Made by a program: the position numbers and the translations under genes
In this document: piece by piece, positions 7,874 to 16,930 of the stretch
Numbering within the stretch: the stretch's first letter is position 1
Layout: each line of letters opens with the position of its first letter
The notes under the pieces: generated by a model
What the model saw: only the letters and a program-made list of their open reading frames with translations
Told to the model about the DNA's origin: nothing
Database searches by the model: none
Source of the DNA: an uncultured virus (IMG/VR IMGVR_UViG_3300027804_000060)
Taxonomy: Duplodnaviria; Heunggongvirae; Uroviricota; Caudoviricetes
IMG/VR virus record: IMGVR_UViG_3300027804_000060
Reading direction: 5' to 3' (one strand)
Length of the DNA: 64,000 nt

Positions 7874-9359
7874 TTTTAAGTCCTATATTGTAAATTTTAA
7901 AAGTAAACTTCTCCTCATTATATATCTTTACTCTTTCGATGAAGTGTTGTAATGTGAAGTTTGTGTGTTTTTTGATTCTTAAATCATCCGATATATCATA
8001 AAGTGTGGCCATTTCTTTACCTTCATTCTGTCTCAGTCCACGACCAATTGATTGTAAATTTCTAATTCTTGATTTACTTGGGCTTGCAAATATGATGTTA
8101 TGTAAATTTCTAATGTTTGTACCAGTAGAAAAGGTACCAAAACTGGCCACAGTGATTGCATCGTTTTCTATTTCCATAATTTTTCTAACTTCTTCTCTGA
8201 CAACAGTGTCTACATCACCATCAATAAAATAAACACTACGACCATTTGCCTTCTGTTTAATCATTTCGTATAATGCACGACCATGTTTCTTCATCTGAAA
8301 AAGAACCAATGTATTTTTCTCCAAACTGATTGCCAAATTACGAATGAAACGATTTCTATTCTCAGACTCAATCAAATACTTCAACTCATCTGGATATGTT
8401 GCATCTTTCATTTCTTTGCATACTTCATCCGAATGTTTTAGTATCAGACATTTTATGTTGAATGCTGATAATTGATTCTTGTCAATCAACTCTTTAGTTG
8501 ATATGACCTTTTTCGTTGGTCCAAACAAACCTTCTAATACCAATTTGTGTGTTTTGGTGCCGTCTAATGTACCAGTAAGGCCAATTCTATATTTTGCATT
8601 GATACAAGATGTTAGTATTGATGTTAATGATTGTGCCTTGAATAGGTGTGCCTCATCACCAATTACATATTGGAATTGATGAAAGTATTCAGGTGGCAAC
8701 TTGTATAGTGACTGCCATGTGGAGATTGTTAAATTCTTATCCGTTAGCTTATCTTTACCTTGATAGATTCTGTGTACGTTTTCTTCCACATTAAATCCGT
8801 TAAAGGATGAATAATCTGCAAAGTCCGAATACAACTGTTCAACCAATGTTGTTGTTGGAACAATGATTAAACCTTTTAACTGTTGATACTGCAACAACTG
8901 TCTGAACAACAAGTATATGATAAGTGATTTGCCTGATGCAGTGGGAGATAATAGTAAAACTCTCCGTTTTTGCATGGCCTCAATAAATGCATTTTGTTGG
9001 TGTTCTCTTACACCAATTTGTTTACCTTGTGAATGTAGATTCAATATGTCAAAGAATTTTTGTGCATGATAGACTGAATATTCATCTTCAATAATGTCAT
9101 GTGAATATGCATACTCACGTTCTTCACAAAACTCTTTAAGATATGGAATCAAACCAAGATATAGTTGACTGCTCTGTAGATTGAATAGACGGATCTTACC
9201 GTCCCATATGCGATTCCGATAGGCTGGAACGAACTGATAACCAGGTACAAAGAATGTAAAGTACTCAGATAACTCCTTTGCGACATGCTTCTCACAGGTC
9301 ACTTTGGCGTATACTTCATCCTTCTTTGTGATTGTTAAATGGTCATTGTCCACCAACAA
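7863..9359 (-). CDS. uvsW: UvsW SF2 helicase
   Basis: WDGKIRLF, Walker A SPTASGKS, DEAH, GLTGT, QSIGRGLR. Exact start codon uncertain (TTG/GTG overlapping the uvsY end). Confidence 0.95.
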   Translation of the reverse strand: MLVDNDHLTITKKDEVYAKVTCEKHVAKELSEYFTFFVPGYQFVPAYRNRIWDGKIRLFNLQSSQLYLGLIPYLKEFCEEREYAYSHDIIEDEYSVYHAQKFFDILNLHSQGKQIGVREHQQNAFIEAMQKRRVLLLSPTASGKSLIIYLLFRQLLQYQQLKGLIIVPTTTLVEQLYSDFADYSSFNGFNVEENVHRIYQGKDKLTDKNLTISTWQSLYKLPPEYFHQFQYVIGDEAHLFKAQSLTSILTSCINAKYRIGLTGTLDGTKTHKLVLEGLFGPTKKVISTKELIDKNQLSAFNIKCLILKHSDEVCKEMKDATYPDELKYLIESENRNRFIRNLAISLEKNTLVLFQMKKHGRALYEMIKQKANGRSVYFIDGDVDTVVREEVRKIMEIENDAITVASFGTFSTGTNIRNLHNIIFASPSKSRIRNLQSIGRGLRQNEGKEMATLYDISDDLRIKKHTNFTLQHFIERVKIYNEEKFTFKIYNIGLKNGH

Positions 9360-9777
9360 ATTTCTCCCATGATATAAAGTCTCGGAGTTGCCATGTTCTT
9401 TGTTTCAATTCGGCCATAATAGATTCAACAACTGAAACGACTTCCTCATGGTAGACCTTTTTCTCCAATAATTTGATAAGGTCTTTATCTGCTTCCAAAT
9501 AGGTGTTAATATCAGACTTCAATGCAAACTGAAATGGTTCCCAACCATATTCATTCAATTCATCTTGTGACATTTTACCTGTAAAGTATTCCCATTTTAC
9601 CTTACGCATACGCAGGTAATCAAAGTGGGCTTTCTTTGATGCGATTTTATGTTTGGTGAGAATGCCAAGATACTTACTGTGATATACAGGTATCTTTAAC
9701 AGTTCTTTGCTAGGTTCGGTCTGGTCAATGACTGCATCCGATTCCCACATTTTTAGTATTTGTTCAAGTGTTTCCAT
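9343..9777 (-). CDS. uvsY: UvsY recombination mediator
   Basis: W..D..ID, L.IP..HSKYL, KWEYFTGK, LKSDINTYLEAD, R.WQLRD.I.W.KF..G; adjacent to uvsW. Confidence 0.9.
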   Translation of the reverse strand: METLEQILKMWESDAVIDQTEPSKELLKIPVYHSKYLGILTKHKIASKKAHFDYLRMRKVKWEYFTGKMSQDELNEYGWEPFQFALKSDINTYLEADKDLIKLLEKKVYHEEVVSVVESIMAELKQRTWQLRDFISWEKFVGGQ

Positions 9778-9805
9778 AGTTATTCATAATTGCCATAATC
9801 AAAAC

Positions 9806-9834
9806 ATTATATCACAAAAGTATTAAACTGTCAA
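9806..9834 (-). promoter_or_regulatory. Perfect sigma70 promoter (with extended -10) for the uvsY-uvsW unit
   Basis: Minus strand TTGACA-gtttaatacttttgtga (17 nt)-TATAAT. The -35 box lies inside the gp3 3' end. Confidence 0.85.
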
Positions 9835-10335
9835 GTATTTGTATGATTGATACCTGAATGTTGCGCTTGCGGTTATAATGGTGTCTGCGGATTGTGTAGT
9901 ATCAAATCTAAGTGCGCTAATAGTTAAAGGAAAAACATTTGTGAATTGTATTCTTAAAATTGGATTGTTTAATCCACTCAGTATACTTAATGTTGCATCA
10001 GAAAAATGTTTATTGTCTTGTAGTTCTTTACTACCATCACGCTTTTCAAAACCATCAGGATCAGCAATAGAAGTGAACCAATCATATATGTTTTTCCATG
10101 ACTGTAGTTCTTCATCTATTATAAATTCTATGTCCAATGGTTCATAGGTCAGTTTGGTGCCTGGTGAAAACATGTCCAAAAACGGAGTAGGCTTCATAAC
10201 TTCACCCAAAGAAACGCCCGGTAGATTAACCTGTTGGCAAAAATACTGTGTGGCCCTAATTCTATCGAATGTAAGTAAGAACTTAGTGGGTTGAAGTAAA
10301 TCGGTATTTTCTGGTGTTCTGGTTATTGCAGTCAT
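9823..10335 (-). CDS. gp3: Tail tube terminator / tail completion protein gp3
   Basis: N..LLQPTKF, YFCQQVNLPG.SLG, PG.KL.YEPL...FIIDEEL, FSDATL.IL...NNP, F.NVFP; position directly after gp23. Confidence 0.85.
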   Translation of the reverse strand: MTAITRTPENTDLLQPTKFLLTFDRIRATQYFCQQVNLPGVSLGEVMKPTPFLDMFSPGTKLTYEPLDIEFIIDEELQSWKNIYDWFTSIADPDGFEKRDGSKELQDNKHFSDATLSILSGLNNPILRIQFTNVFPLTISALRFDTTQSADTIITASATFRYQSYKYLTV

Positions 10336-10365
10336 GTTATTTCCTCTATGTACTATTTAGGAGCC

Positions 10366-10393
10366 AAAAAAAAGGGACCCGAAGGTCCCTTTT
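10366..10393 (-). terminator. Intrinsic terminator after gp23 (cUUCGg loop; T-tracts on both sides)
   Basis: Minus strand AAAAGGGACC-TTCG-GGTCCC-TTTTTTTT. Confidence 0.9.
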
Positions 10394-10421
10394 AAATGTC
10401 ACTCTATGGTGACTCTTTATC

Positions 10422-11771
10422 TTACATCAAGTTGCGAACTTGGAAGATACGGTAGTAAACGTTTGAACGAGCGTTCAATGCACCGTTGCCAGTGGTCAAA
10501 CCAGTTGCGAATGGGTTTGCAACCATGCCGTAACGAGTCTTGAATCCAATTTTTGGTTGGAATGTATACTGGTCAACTGCACGAACCATTTGTAGAGGAA
10601 CGTAAGGGCAGTAGAAAATACCTGCATCGTAAGGTGATGTACCTTTGTAACCAATGGTAACCAATTCTTGGTTCGATGTGTAACCACCGAAATAAGGATC
10701 AATGTACACTTTGATACGGCCATGCAACAAACCAGCAAATGTATTGCCTGTGTCATCAACTTGTAGGTCAGCAGATAGGTTAGGTGTGTATTGCAACACG
10801 CCAGCCATTGCCATTGCGGAAGCAACGTCAGATGATACAATCATCACGTTACCTTTGCCACGACGAGTTTGCTTAGCAATTACGTTAGCATCACGTTCAA
10901 TTTGGAAAATCAAACCTTTGAAACGTTCAACTGACCAACGACCGTTAGAGTCGGTGTCCAAGTCGAAAGAACCAGCAGTTGTAGTACCATACTGAGCACC
11001 TGCAACAGCGCATGTATAGATTGTACGGATAACTTCACGGTTGATTTCAGCAAGAATCTCAGTAGAAAGAATGTTGCTCAATTCTGTTTCAGCATCCAAA
11101 CCATGGATTGCCTTCAAGTCTTGTGCAAGTTCTAGTGAGTATTCAGCTTTCAATGCACGGCTTTGTGCAGTAACAGTAACTTTCTCAATTGAGAAAGCCA
11201 TTTGTTTGAAATTGCTATCTGTGTCAGCACCCAAAGCTTCTGCTGTAGCAGTAGACATACCAATACCAGTTGTAACAGCGTTAGCAGTTGCAAAGTTTGT
11301 CAATGGATTTCCATCGGTATCTTTAGATGTGTTACCACGGAAACCGTATAGGTTGTTTTCGGAACCAACACCAGAGAATTTGGTGTTTGCTTCGCCGTAG
11401 AATGCTTCGTTTGCATTTGAAGGTGAACCTGATTGTGCATCGTAACGAGCACGCATTGCAAAGATCAAGCCTGTTGGGCCTGTCATTGGCTGAACACCTG
11501 CAACATCATAAGCAATCAAGTTAGGTAATGCACGGCGAACCAAACTAATCAAGATTGGATCGTAGTTAGAAATGCCAGAACCTGTAACGTTTGTTGGAGC
11601 AGCAGATTGTGCTGTTTCATTCAATTGTGAATGAGCAGCTGCCATTTCACGTTGTTGGTTTTCCAAAACAAGTGCTGTAACAGCTTTCTTGTATGGGTCG
11701 GTAATGGATTGCAATCCTTCGTGCTCAAGCACAGGTGCCCATTTTTTTTGTAGTTCTTCGGTTAGATACAT
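10422..11771 (-). CDS. gp23: Major capsid protein gp23
   Basis: KWAPVL...LENQ, YDPILISLVRRALPNLIAYDVAGVQPMTGPTGLIFAMR, ALKAEYSLELAQDLKAIHGLDAETELSNILSTEILAEINRE, FQPKIGFKTRYG. Candidate gp21 cleavage site L-N-E. AAGGAG RBS. Confidence 0.98.
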   Translation of the reverse strand: MYLTEELQKKWAPVLEHEGLQSITDPYKKAVTALVLENQQREMAAAHSQLNETAQSAAPTNVTGSGISNYDPILISLVRRALPNLIAYDVAGVQPMTGPTGLIFAMRARYDAQSGSPSNANEAFYGEANTKFSGVGSENNLYGFRGNTSKDTDGNPLTNFATANAVTTGIGMSTATAEALGADTDSNFKQMAFSIEKVTVTAQSRALKAEYSLELAQDLKAIHGLDAETELSNILSTEILAEINREVIRTIYTCAVAGAQYGTTTAGSFDLDTDSNGRWSVERFKGLIFQIERDANVIAKQTRRGKGNVMIVSSDVASAMAMAGVLQYTPNLSADLQVDDTGNTFAGLLHGRIKVYIDPYFGGYTSNQELVTIGYKGTSPYDAGIFYCPYVPLQMVRAVDQYTFQPKIGFKTRYGMVANPFATGLTTGNGALNARSNVYYRIFQVRNLM

Positions 11772-11810
11772 TTAGTGTTCTCCTTATGAGTATCTTTTAT
11801 TGGTAAAGTT

Positions 11811-11818
11811 TATTTATT
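11811..11818 (-). promoter_or_regulatory. Late promoter (AATAAATA) for gp23
   Basis: One mismatch to TATAAATA, 40 nt upstream of the gp23 ATG, overlapping the gp22 stop. Confidence 0.65.
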
Positions 11819-13073
11819 TAGCCAATGATTTTGAGATGATTTGTGCGTATTGTGCAATTTCAGGATCAACAGATGCCGATGGCTTCTTGTCTTCCTCAAT
11901 TTCCACTGCTTCGTGCAATGCAGAGCTTTCAATCGCTTTAACTGGAGACTGGAAGTATGAATCTACCAATGTTTCCAATTTACGACCAAATTCTTCTTCT
12001 GTGGTAAACTCAACACTCTCTGCGAGTGATTTCAATTTTTCCACTTGAGTCTGCGTTAGGCCCTCACATACTGCATGTATAGCCTCTGATTTTTTATATT
12101 CGTTAATTTGTTTCTTCATTTGAACGGCAGTCTGAATCTGTTCGTTTAATGAATCTTCCAATTCTTCAACTTTGTCGGTCAATTCTTCAACAACGTTTAC
12201 TTTTTCTTCTGGAATGTCAATATAGTGTTCTTCGAACAATGACTTCATGCCACGAATGAAATCTTCAACGATTTCGGCACGTAGACCCTTTTCGATTGCC
12301 AATTGGTTTTCTTTGAACCATTCTTCTGACATGTAGTTAATGTAGTCATCCAATTTCTTAGATAAATCTTCTTTAACTTCTTCAACTGAAGCTTCGAATT
12401 CTTCGTACATTGCTTCTTCAACTTCTTCCAAAATGGCTTGTGAACGAGCAATAACGGCTGCTTCGAAAATTGTGGTTGCTTTTGTTTTGAATTCTTCGGA
12501 CAATTCTTCACCAGAAAGTAATGCACCAACATCTTGGTCCATCTGTTCTTTCATTTTTTGTTTCTTCATCATTTTCTTAATCATTGCTTTGTCTTCTCCA
12601 GCATCTTCGTGGCTTTCTTCAGCAACAACTTCTTTTTCTTCATCTTCTTCTGTTCCTTCAGCATAAGATTGGAATGTTGCACCTGGATTTGCTTGCATCA
12701 TTTGTGGTGCAAGTTTAGCCTTGATTCTGTCACGAATGGCAGAGTAGTCTGTTGCGGCTGCTTGAACAGCTTTGTGTTCAGCGCCTTGTGAATCGGCAGG
12801 ACCAGATAGTTTGCTGCCAGGTTGTGAACCGACAGGTGGTGTTGCGCCAGGAGGTGTAGCTGTTGGAACACCTTTGGTGTAATCACCAGTTTCGTCATCT
12901 TGTTTCTTGATCTCACCAGCAACTTCGCCAGCATCTTTCATGCCATAAGCAACAGATGTAGGTAGTTTAGATGAACCTTCTTTGTGGCCACGAGCTACAG
13001 AAGCTTCAAAGTTTTCCTTTGCGCCTTCTGTAAGAATTGATTTAGCGGCGTCTGTCAGATTAAATTTTCCCAT
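11814..13073 (-). CDS. gp22: Prohead core scaffolding protein gp22
   Basis: LSEEFKTKATTIFEAAV, LDDYINY..EEW..EN.LAIE.GLR.EI.EDF, LF.EHYIDIPEEK; acidic coiled coil between gp21 and gp23. Confidence 0.93.
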   Translation of the reverse strand: MGKFNLTDAAKSILTEGAKENFEASVARGHKEGSSKLPTSVAYGMKDAGEVAGEIKKQDDETGDYTKGVPTATPPGATPPVGSQPGSKLSGPADSQGAEHKAVQAAATDYSAIRDRIKAKLAPQMMQANPGATFQSYAEGTEEDEEKEVVAEESHEDAGEDKAMIKKMMKKQKMKEQMDQDVGALLSGEELSEEFKTKATTIFEAAVIARSQAILEEVEEAMYEEFEASVEEVKEDLSKKLDDYINYMSEEWFKENQLAIEKGLRAEIVEDFIRGMKSLFEEHYIDIPEEKVNVVEELTDKVEELEDSLNEQIQTAVQMKKQINEYKKSEAIHAVCEGLTQTQVEKLKSLAESVEFTTEEEFGRKLETLVDSYFQSPVKAIESSALHEAVEIEEDKKPSASVDPEIAQYAQIISKSLAK

Positions 13074-13102
13074 TTTGAGAATCTCCTTGATTTTATATTG
13101 GA

Positions 13103-13110
13103 TATTTATA
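13103..13110 (-). promoter_or_regulatory. Late promoter (TATAAATA) for gp22
   Basis: Exact consensus between the gp21 stop and the gp22 RBS (AAGGAG). Confidence 0.75.
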
Positions 13111-13111
13111 A

Positions 13112-13756
13112 TTAAAGTTTTTTGATGAAGTTTTCGAATATTTTTAAACTGACACGTTCAATGTCTTTACTAGAAGCTTGTTTGATTTCTCTCTTAGCTT
13201 CTTCGTAATGAACTTCAGTCCATATTCCACCCACCATCATCCACTCTTTACCTTCCATAATACCTTGTACAAAAGCACCAGGCGCAGAAGGGTCTGCTAC
13301 AATATCTGCCGCTGTGGCCAGATGAAAGTCATCTTGAACTATGTTAACACCATTGATAGCTTTAAGAGAACCCATACCACGGGAAGATACACCTAGTTGT
13401 CCTCCACCCTCGATAAGATTTCTTGCAATGTTGCCCATTGGCGTTTCAAGAATTTTAGCTTTGCCTATCCAATCAGTTCCTTCTTGGCGCAGACCCACAA
13501 TAATGTGAGACACACGGTCAAGATTGATAGATGGGGTGTCTGGATGACCCAGTTCACCAAAGGCACGATTTTTTTCTACAGATTCGGTTACATAACGGCC
13601 AACTTCTTTACGCATGGTTTCTTCTTTATACATGCGACCGTTTTTGTTAACTCTTTCAGAAACTAGAAATGGACCTTCAATGAAAAGAGTTCTCTTTCCA
13701 TCTTTTTCTTCCACCAAATAGTTTACTGATTCGGTAATTTCTTTAATAAGTTTCAT
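13112..13756 (-). CDS. gp21: Prohead protease gp21
   Basis: MKLIKE, NKNGRMY, RAFGELGHP, GVSSRGMGSL, ADIVADPSAPGAFV. Confidence 0.96.
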   Translation of the reverse strand: MKLIKEITESVNYLVEEKDGKRTLFIEGPFLVSERVNKNGRMYKEETMRKEVGRYVTESVEKNRAFGELGHPDTPSINLDRVSHIIVGLRQEGTDWIGKAKILETPMGNIARNLIEGGGQLGVSSRGMGSLKAINGVNIVQDDFHLATAADIVADPSAPGAFVQGIMEGKEWMMVGGIWTEVHYEEAKREIKQASSKDIERVSLKIFENFIKKL

Positions 13757-13764
13757 TTTGGTCC

Positions 13765-14316
13765 TTATGGTTTCATGCCGTAACTACCGTAATTAAAGGC
13801 AGCAGGATCGGTAAACTGTCCACGTTCATAGTGTGCGTTGTCTTTACGCAATTCCACAATTAAAGTGTAACTTGAATTTGCAACATAACCTCTTGTGCAA
13901 ATTCCAATGTCTCCGTTATTCCATGTTGTTGCGGTATTAGATACTGTTGGATTTTTAATGGTGATCCAATTTCCGTTGCCGTCATATTCTCCGTTACCTT
14001 GCAATATCATAATTGGAGTACCTGAATTTGCCAGCGTACTTCTAGTATTTGACCAATACAATTGCACATCACTAATACCACTGTCACTATCATACCATAA
14101 ACGATTTATTGTTAGACCATAGTAATATAGTGGTCCTGTGTTTGCAGTTGATGACAATAGATTTGCTCCTGAGTAATCTAAGGCACCATATAGAGTGTTT
14201 GCTTGGATTCTGGCCACATTGTTTTCTTGACCTGTACCATCAAATTCACCAGTAAGTTTGATGACTGCGTGTTGAGTATCATCTTTTAATACTTGATATG
14301 AAAATCTGTTTGCCAT
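13765..14316 (-). CDS. Hypothetical protein in the head module (probable virion or prohead protein)
   Basis: 183 aa beta-rich ORF between portal and protease, preceded by its own late promoter. Confidence 0.7.
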   Translation of the reverse strand: MANRFSYQVLKDDTQHAVIKLTGEFDGTGQENNVARIQANTLYGALDYSGANLLSSTANTGPLYYYGLTINRLWYDSDSGISDVQLYWSNTRSTLANSGTPIMILQGNGEYDGNGNWITIKNPTVSNTATTWNNGDIGICTRGYVANSSYTLIVELRKDNAHYERGQFTDPAAFNYGSYGMKP

Positions 14317-14343
14317 TTGTAATCCCTGTTATTGTTTGAATAA

Positions 14344-14351
14344 TATTTATA
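14344..14351 (-). promoter_or_regulatory. Late promoter (TATAAATA)
   Basis: Exact consensus ~28 nt upstream of the ATG at 14316. Confidence 0.75.
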
Positions 14352-14365
14352 CCAATATGACAAAA

Positions 14366-14557
14366 TTAAGCTGATGCTTGAATCGCTTCATCTTCAACAG
14401 CTGCTTCTGGTGGATTCATTATGTTTTGTGCAACCACTTGTTTGTGGGCTTCGATATGTGCCATCACTCTGTCTTGTAATGCAGAATACAAAGCATCACG
14501 CATTTCTTTTGCGTTGTCGTTTTCTGCATAGTCCAATATTTCTCTTGCTGTTGCCAT
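14366..14557 (-). CDS. Small prohead core protein (gp67-like by position)
   Basis: 63 aa helical ORF directly after the portal gene, AGGAG RBS. Confidence 0.6.
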   Translation of the reverse strand: MATAREILDYAENDNAKEMRDALYSALQDRVMAHIEAHKQVVAQNIMNPPEAAVEDEAIQASA

Positions 14558-14570
14558 GTTTATCTCCTAA

Positions 14571-16301
14571 TTATAATATACGTTTTAATCTAGTGAATGT
14601 GGTATCTTCTAAACTCAAATCACCTTTAACTGGTTTTGAACCACTAGAACTTTTTGCTTTTGAATCTCCTGATGATGAACCACCAGAACTTCCACCAGCT
14701 TGACCTTGGTCAGGCATCAATTTTGCCTGTTGTACCATCTGGTCAGTTTGAACTTGACCCATCATTTGTTGTTGTGCAACATCATTAGTTACCGCAACAG
14801 GCAAACCTAGACCCATTTCTTTCTCTTTGTCAATTTCTTTCTGCATTCCAACAATTTCATCATCCGTTAAACGTAATACATTTTGTTGAATCCATTTTTG
14901 TGAGAAATATCTACCTGTGTATGGATCAACTGCACTCAATAAAGATAATCTTTGGTTAATTAATTCTGCCTCTTTTAATTCAGCAAAATTATTATCTCTA
15001 ATAAAATTATAATGAATGTTTTCTTTGAACAAATCCCATTCTTCAGCAGTACAAATGCCTTTGAGTACACACTGTACACGAAGAACTTGGTCAAAAACAT
15101 CCGAAAATTTGTTGCGTAGTCTATCAACAAACTTAGAAAACTTTAATTCATCTCTAGTAATCTCTGAGGTGCGACCAAGAGAGAAACTTTGATTCGGTTC
15201 TAATCTAGAAACTGGTACACACAATGCACCATACAATTTCTTCTGGAAGTATTTAACATCTTCCAACTCACCTAGGTTTTGGCCACCAGGTAATGTGGTA
15301 ATCTCTGTGCCTTTACCACCTTCTCTACGTGGTAACCAAAAGTCTTCCATCATGGACATAAACTTGCGGTCATCACGGACTTCACCTGTGTTTGCATCAT
15401 AGACAAGTTTGTTCTTATACTTGACCATAATGTCACGGAGGTATTGTTCCGCTTTTAACTTAGGAAGATTGCCAACGTCAATATAAAAGATACGGCGCTC
15501 AGGAGCACGTGAAATCCTATAGATAACTGTTGCATCTTCAATCATCCTTAACTGGTTCAATGGCTTGATTGCCTTGTGTAGATATGACAACACAACTGCC
15601 CTACGTGAATCCATAAGGCCAGAAACCACCGAGATGATCGAATCTGTTGTGATGCGTGTACCGACTGGTCCAAAGTTTGAGGCTGATCCTGACACTACCT
15701 TGTCATTGTAGATGTAGTACTCATTCACAGGATTCATAATCTCTACACCTGTGCGTTCATCTTTTTGTTTCTTAATCTCACGGACTTTACGTAGTCTACG
15801 TGGATCAATATATCTTAATTCTTTAATACCCTGTTGTGGATTCTCACGGTCAATAATGATGTGATAATACATTCTACCATCAACATAGTAACGGCGGAAA
15901 ATATCTTGAGCCATGTTTTGATAATTAAACAAACGAAGAATGCTATTAAATTCTTCTTTGATGGCCTTCTTGATTTTATCTGGTTGTTTTAAATCGTCCA
16001 GAATAATTTCAGTAATTTTACCATCATCATCTTGTACAATAGCTTCATTAACTATATCATCTATCGCAGATTCAATTTCTGGTTGCATTGCCATTTCACG
16101 GTAACGAGAAATAAGTTCTACCTCATTTTTTGCAGTACCGTCTAGGTCAACATATGTACCGTAGTAAGCGGCAGATGTAATAGTTAATGCGCCATCATCC
16201 GTTGTAGGAGGCGCAAAAGATTGTTGAACAGTTTTTTCTTCCTCATCCTGTTGACGAGAAATTGTAAAACCGAACAGTGAGAATTTATTTGTATTTGCCA
16301 T
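14571..16301 (-). CDS. gp20: Portal protein gp20
   Basis: LISRYREMA..PEIESAIDDIVNEA, LSYLHKAIKPLNQLRMIEDA.VIYRISRAPERRIFYIDVGNLPK.KAEQYL, EDFWLPRREGGKGTEI.TLPGG; low-complexity Q/G/S tail. Confidence 0.98.
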   Translation of the reverse strand: MANTNKFSLFGFTISRQQDEEEKTVQQSFAPPTTDDGALTITSAAYYGTYVDLDGTAKNEVELISRYREMAMQPEIESAIDDIVNEAIVQDDDGKITEIILDDLKQPDKIKKAIKEEFNSILRLFNYQNMAQDIFRRYYVDGRMYYHIIIDRENPQQGIKELRYIDPRRLRKVREIKKQKDERTGVEIMNPVNEYYIYNDKVVSGSASNFGPVGTRITTDSIISVVSGLMDSRRAVVLSYLHKAIKPLNQLRMIEDATVIYRISRAPERRIFYIDVGNLPKLKAEQYLRDIMVKYKNKLVYDANTGEVRDDRKFMSMMEDFWLPRREGGKGTEITTLPGGQNLGELEDVKYFQKKLYGALCVPVSRLEPNQSFSLGRTSEITRDELKFSKFVDRLRNKFSDVFDQVLRVQCVLKGICTAEEWDLFKENIHYNFIRDNNFAELKEAELINQRLSLLSAVDPYTGRYFSQKWIQQNVLRLTDDEIVGMQKEIDKEKEMGLGLPVAVTNDVAQQQMMGQVQTDQMVQQAKLMPDQGQAGGSSGGSSSGDSKAKSSSGSKPVKGDLSLEDTTFTRLKRIL

Positions 16302-16324
16302 ATTTTGTGTGTAATTATAAAATC

Positions 16325-16353
16325 AAAAAAACATGGAGGGCACAAGGCCCTCC
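16325..16353 (-). terminator. Intrinsic terminator after gp19
   Basis: Minus strand GGAGGGC-CTTGT-GCCCTCC-ATG-TTTTTTT. Confidence 0.75.
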
Positions 16354-16360
16354 TCATATA

Positions 16361-16903
16361 TCAAGTTGTTGTATTTGTTTCCCAGAACTGGTAAGCAAAT
16401 GTACAAGTATATTCTTCAATCGCATCATTTGAACCCCAATCTAAATCAATTGGTGCCAAGTCGAGTGGGAACATACCAACAAAGTTGTATTTCTTTAGTT
16501 CGTTTCCAGTTTTGCCGTATTGTGTAACACTTGCATCTACAGAGTAACCTGTAGAAGTTGCTGCAGCACCAGAACGGACATTGGTTGCGTGGCTGTTTAT
16601 TGCGTTCATCCATGATTCTAAAGAATTTCGTATTGCGAAATCTTCATCGTTGATGATTGTCAATGTCCAGTCGGCGAAGGTTCTGTTTCCAGGAAACTTC
16701 ATTTCACGACCAAAGTAGAAAACTGGTACAGTACCAATTGTTGAACCTGGTAACTGTGCAGCTTTGGCCATGAAATTAACTTTCTGACCTGCTAATGCAC
16801 CGTTTTCGGCTAGTGTTGGGAAAACTAAAGAGACTGAGAACAGATTAGGACGGGCACCGTCACCAATCATGTTCGCTCTAAATTCTGCTACGTTGAATGC
16901 CAT
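16361..16903 (-). CDS. gp19: Tail tube protein gp19
   Basis: GARPNLF.V, KAAQLPGS.IG, GR..KFPG.RTF.DW..TIINDEDF.IR, FP.DL..IDL.W, IEEY..TFAYQFW. Confidence 0.96.
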   Translation of the reverse strand: MAFNVAEFRANMIGDGARPNLFSVSLVFPTLAENGALAGQKVNFMAKAAQLPGSTIGTVPVFYFGREMKFPGNRTFADWTLTIINDEDFAIRNSLESWMNAINSHATNVRSGAAATSTGYSVDASVTQYGKTGNELKKYNFVGMFPLDLAPIDLDWGSNDAIEEYTCTFAYQFWETNTTT

Positions 16904-16930
16904 TGTATTCTCCTATTGTCGTTTTATTTA